DNA of 64,000 bases from Octopus sinensis. Its lineage: Eukaryota. Below, piece by piece: positions 62,285 to 64,000 of this stretch. The stretch is taken from assembly GCF_006345805.1 (NCBI RefSeq), contig NC_042997.1, positions 200,012,001-200,076,000 of the forward strand. The letters run 5' to 3'. The notes beneath the pieces were generated by a model that saw nothing but the letters and a program-made list of their open reading frames with translations, searched no databases and had not been told where the DNA came from. Made by a program: the position numbers and the translations under genes. Position 1 is the first letter of the stretch. Each line of letters opens with the position of its first letter.

Positions 62285-62485
62285 TATTATAGGCACAAGG
62301 CCTGAAATTTGGGATGGGTTGGTGTAGTTGATAGCATCAACTCCAGTTCTCAACTGGAAGGTATTTCATTAACCCTGAAAGGCAAAGTCAACCACAGCAG
62401 AATTTGAACTCAGGAAGTAAAAACAGATGAAATGCTCCGAGGCATTTTGTCTGGCATACTAACGATTCTGCCAGCAAGCTACCTT
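62285..62485 (-). mobile_element. SINE family D, CpG-decayed
   Basis: gaaaggcaaagtcaacc..agaatttgaactcagg..ctaacgattctgccagc. Confidence 0.75.
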
Positions 62486-63435
62486 ATTTGTTAAAATGAA
62501 TCACCAAAATTGCTGCTTTACAGATTTTACAGTTTCTATCAAAACCTTTGATGAGAAGTCACTAAGTTAACATCATAGAAGCAATCATCTTCATTTAATA
62601 TCCAAGCATCCATGGGTCAGATAGAATTCATTGAGGTACATTTTATATTACCAGATACCCTTCCTGTCGCCAGATACTTCACCTGCTTCCAGGTGGAGTA
62701 TTCCCCCTCTCCATTGCCAGATAAGTCTTTTTAAAAGACTAGAAATAGACAACACTGCTTGTAAAATGGTGACACTTGTTTACAAGCATTTTGTGATGTC
62801 AAGACATGGCGGCCAAAAAAGTACATATACATACACAAACATGCACACTTAAACACACACACACGCCCACACACACACGCACACACTCAGATACACACAC
62901 AGACACACACACACTCAGGCTTACATGTGTACATATACAACAGTTTTCTTCCAGTTTCTGTCAAGTAAATTCACTCACAAGTCTTTGATTAGCCTGATGT
63001 TAGAAAAGAAGAAAGATGCCTGTCCAAGACTCAGGTGCCAAGCAATAGGATTGAAACAATTTAGTTAGGAAGCAAACTTCTTTATCACATCTAAATACTT
63101 GTTAGAAATCTACAATGTGGCAAAGTAAAATACATGATTACCAATATTTAGATGTCCCCTTACATTTTGAAATAAACAGAAGCATGTCTTGGGATACAGC
63201 TGGAACTTGAGTAAGCATATTACCAAGGTGATTAGATCTGCTATATGATGAGAAAGACTGTCTTGTTTATCCTATCAAAAAAAAAAAAAAAAAGAAAGCG
63301 GTCATGGTTGGAAGGCTTTGAACATAAGTCTGTAGCACCACCATGAGTTTCTTAATTGTCAGTAGTGTACTGCATAATCTATCTAACCTACCTACGTTTA
63401 TGTACCTTTAAGTTAATGAATTTATCTCTTCATAT

Positions 63436-63955
63436 AGGTGCAAATGTGGCTGTGTGGTAAGATGTCTGCTTCACAACCACATGGTCCCAAGTTCAGTTCC
63501 ACTACATGGCACCTTGGGCAAGTGTTTACTACTATAGCCTCGAACCAACCAAAGCCTTGTGAGTAGATTTGCTAGATGGAAACTGAAAGAAGTCTATACC
63601 AGCATCGCCTTACTGGCACTTGACTTGTGCCGGTGACGCATGAAAAACATTCGAGCAAGGTCATTGCCAGTGCCGCTGAGCTGGCTCCTGTGCAGGTGGC
63701 ACATAAAAAACACCACTTGAGCATGGCCGTTGCCAGTACCGCCTGACTGGCACTCGTGCCAGTGGCACATAAAAGCACCCACTACACTCTCGGAGTGGTT
63801 GGCGTTTGGAAGGGCATCCAGCTGTAGAAAGTCTGCCAGATCAGATTGGAGCCTGGTGCAGCCATCTGGTTTGCCAGCCCTCAGTCAAAATCATCTAACC
63901 CATGCTAGCATGGAAAGAGGACATTAAGCGACGATGATGATAATGATGATGATGA
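63436..63955 (+). mobile_element. SINE B head joined to a family A RTE tail
   Basis: ggctgtgtggtaag..caccttgggcaagtg..gatggaaactgaaagaagtc, then tandem gtgcc.gtggcac modules and the tail to (gat)n. Confidence 0.88.
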
Positions 63956-64000
63956 TATATATAAAACGAAGAAGTAAATGGTATAGTTATCCACTTTATA

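Overview
AT-rich, repeat-dense animal genomic DNA with no intact long ORF and no prokaryotic features. The repeat families resemble those I recognise from octopod cephalopods (inference, not a database result). The window contains tRNA-derived SINEs, RTE, CR1 and R4/Dong-like non-LTR retrotransposon fragments, a full-length but lesioned D,D34D mariner, other mariner and hAT fossils, MITEs or foldback elements, Helentron-type elements, probable solo LTRs and microsatellites. A few weak candidate host exons are present. The most unusual object is a 425-bp element at 17233-17657. It has a tRNA-like Pol III head, a tail carrying a Penelope-type minimal hammerhead ribozyme motif, an inverted copy of that tail at its 5' end, and a perfect 13-bp target-site duplication, which suggests a SINE mobilised by Penelope-like machinery. 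Other notable items are an RTE/CR1 chimera, an (AAT)n-targeted R4/Dong cluster, a rolling-circle element with a 268-bp flank duplication, and an old triplicated unit at 34-40 kb with conserved CRE palindromes and splice donors. Coordinates of degenerate repeats were read by eye and are approximate.
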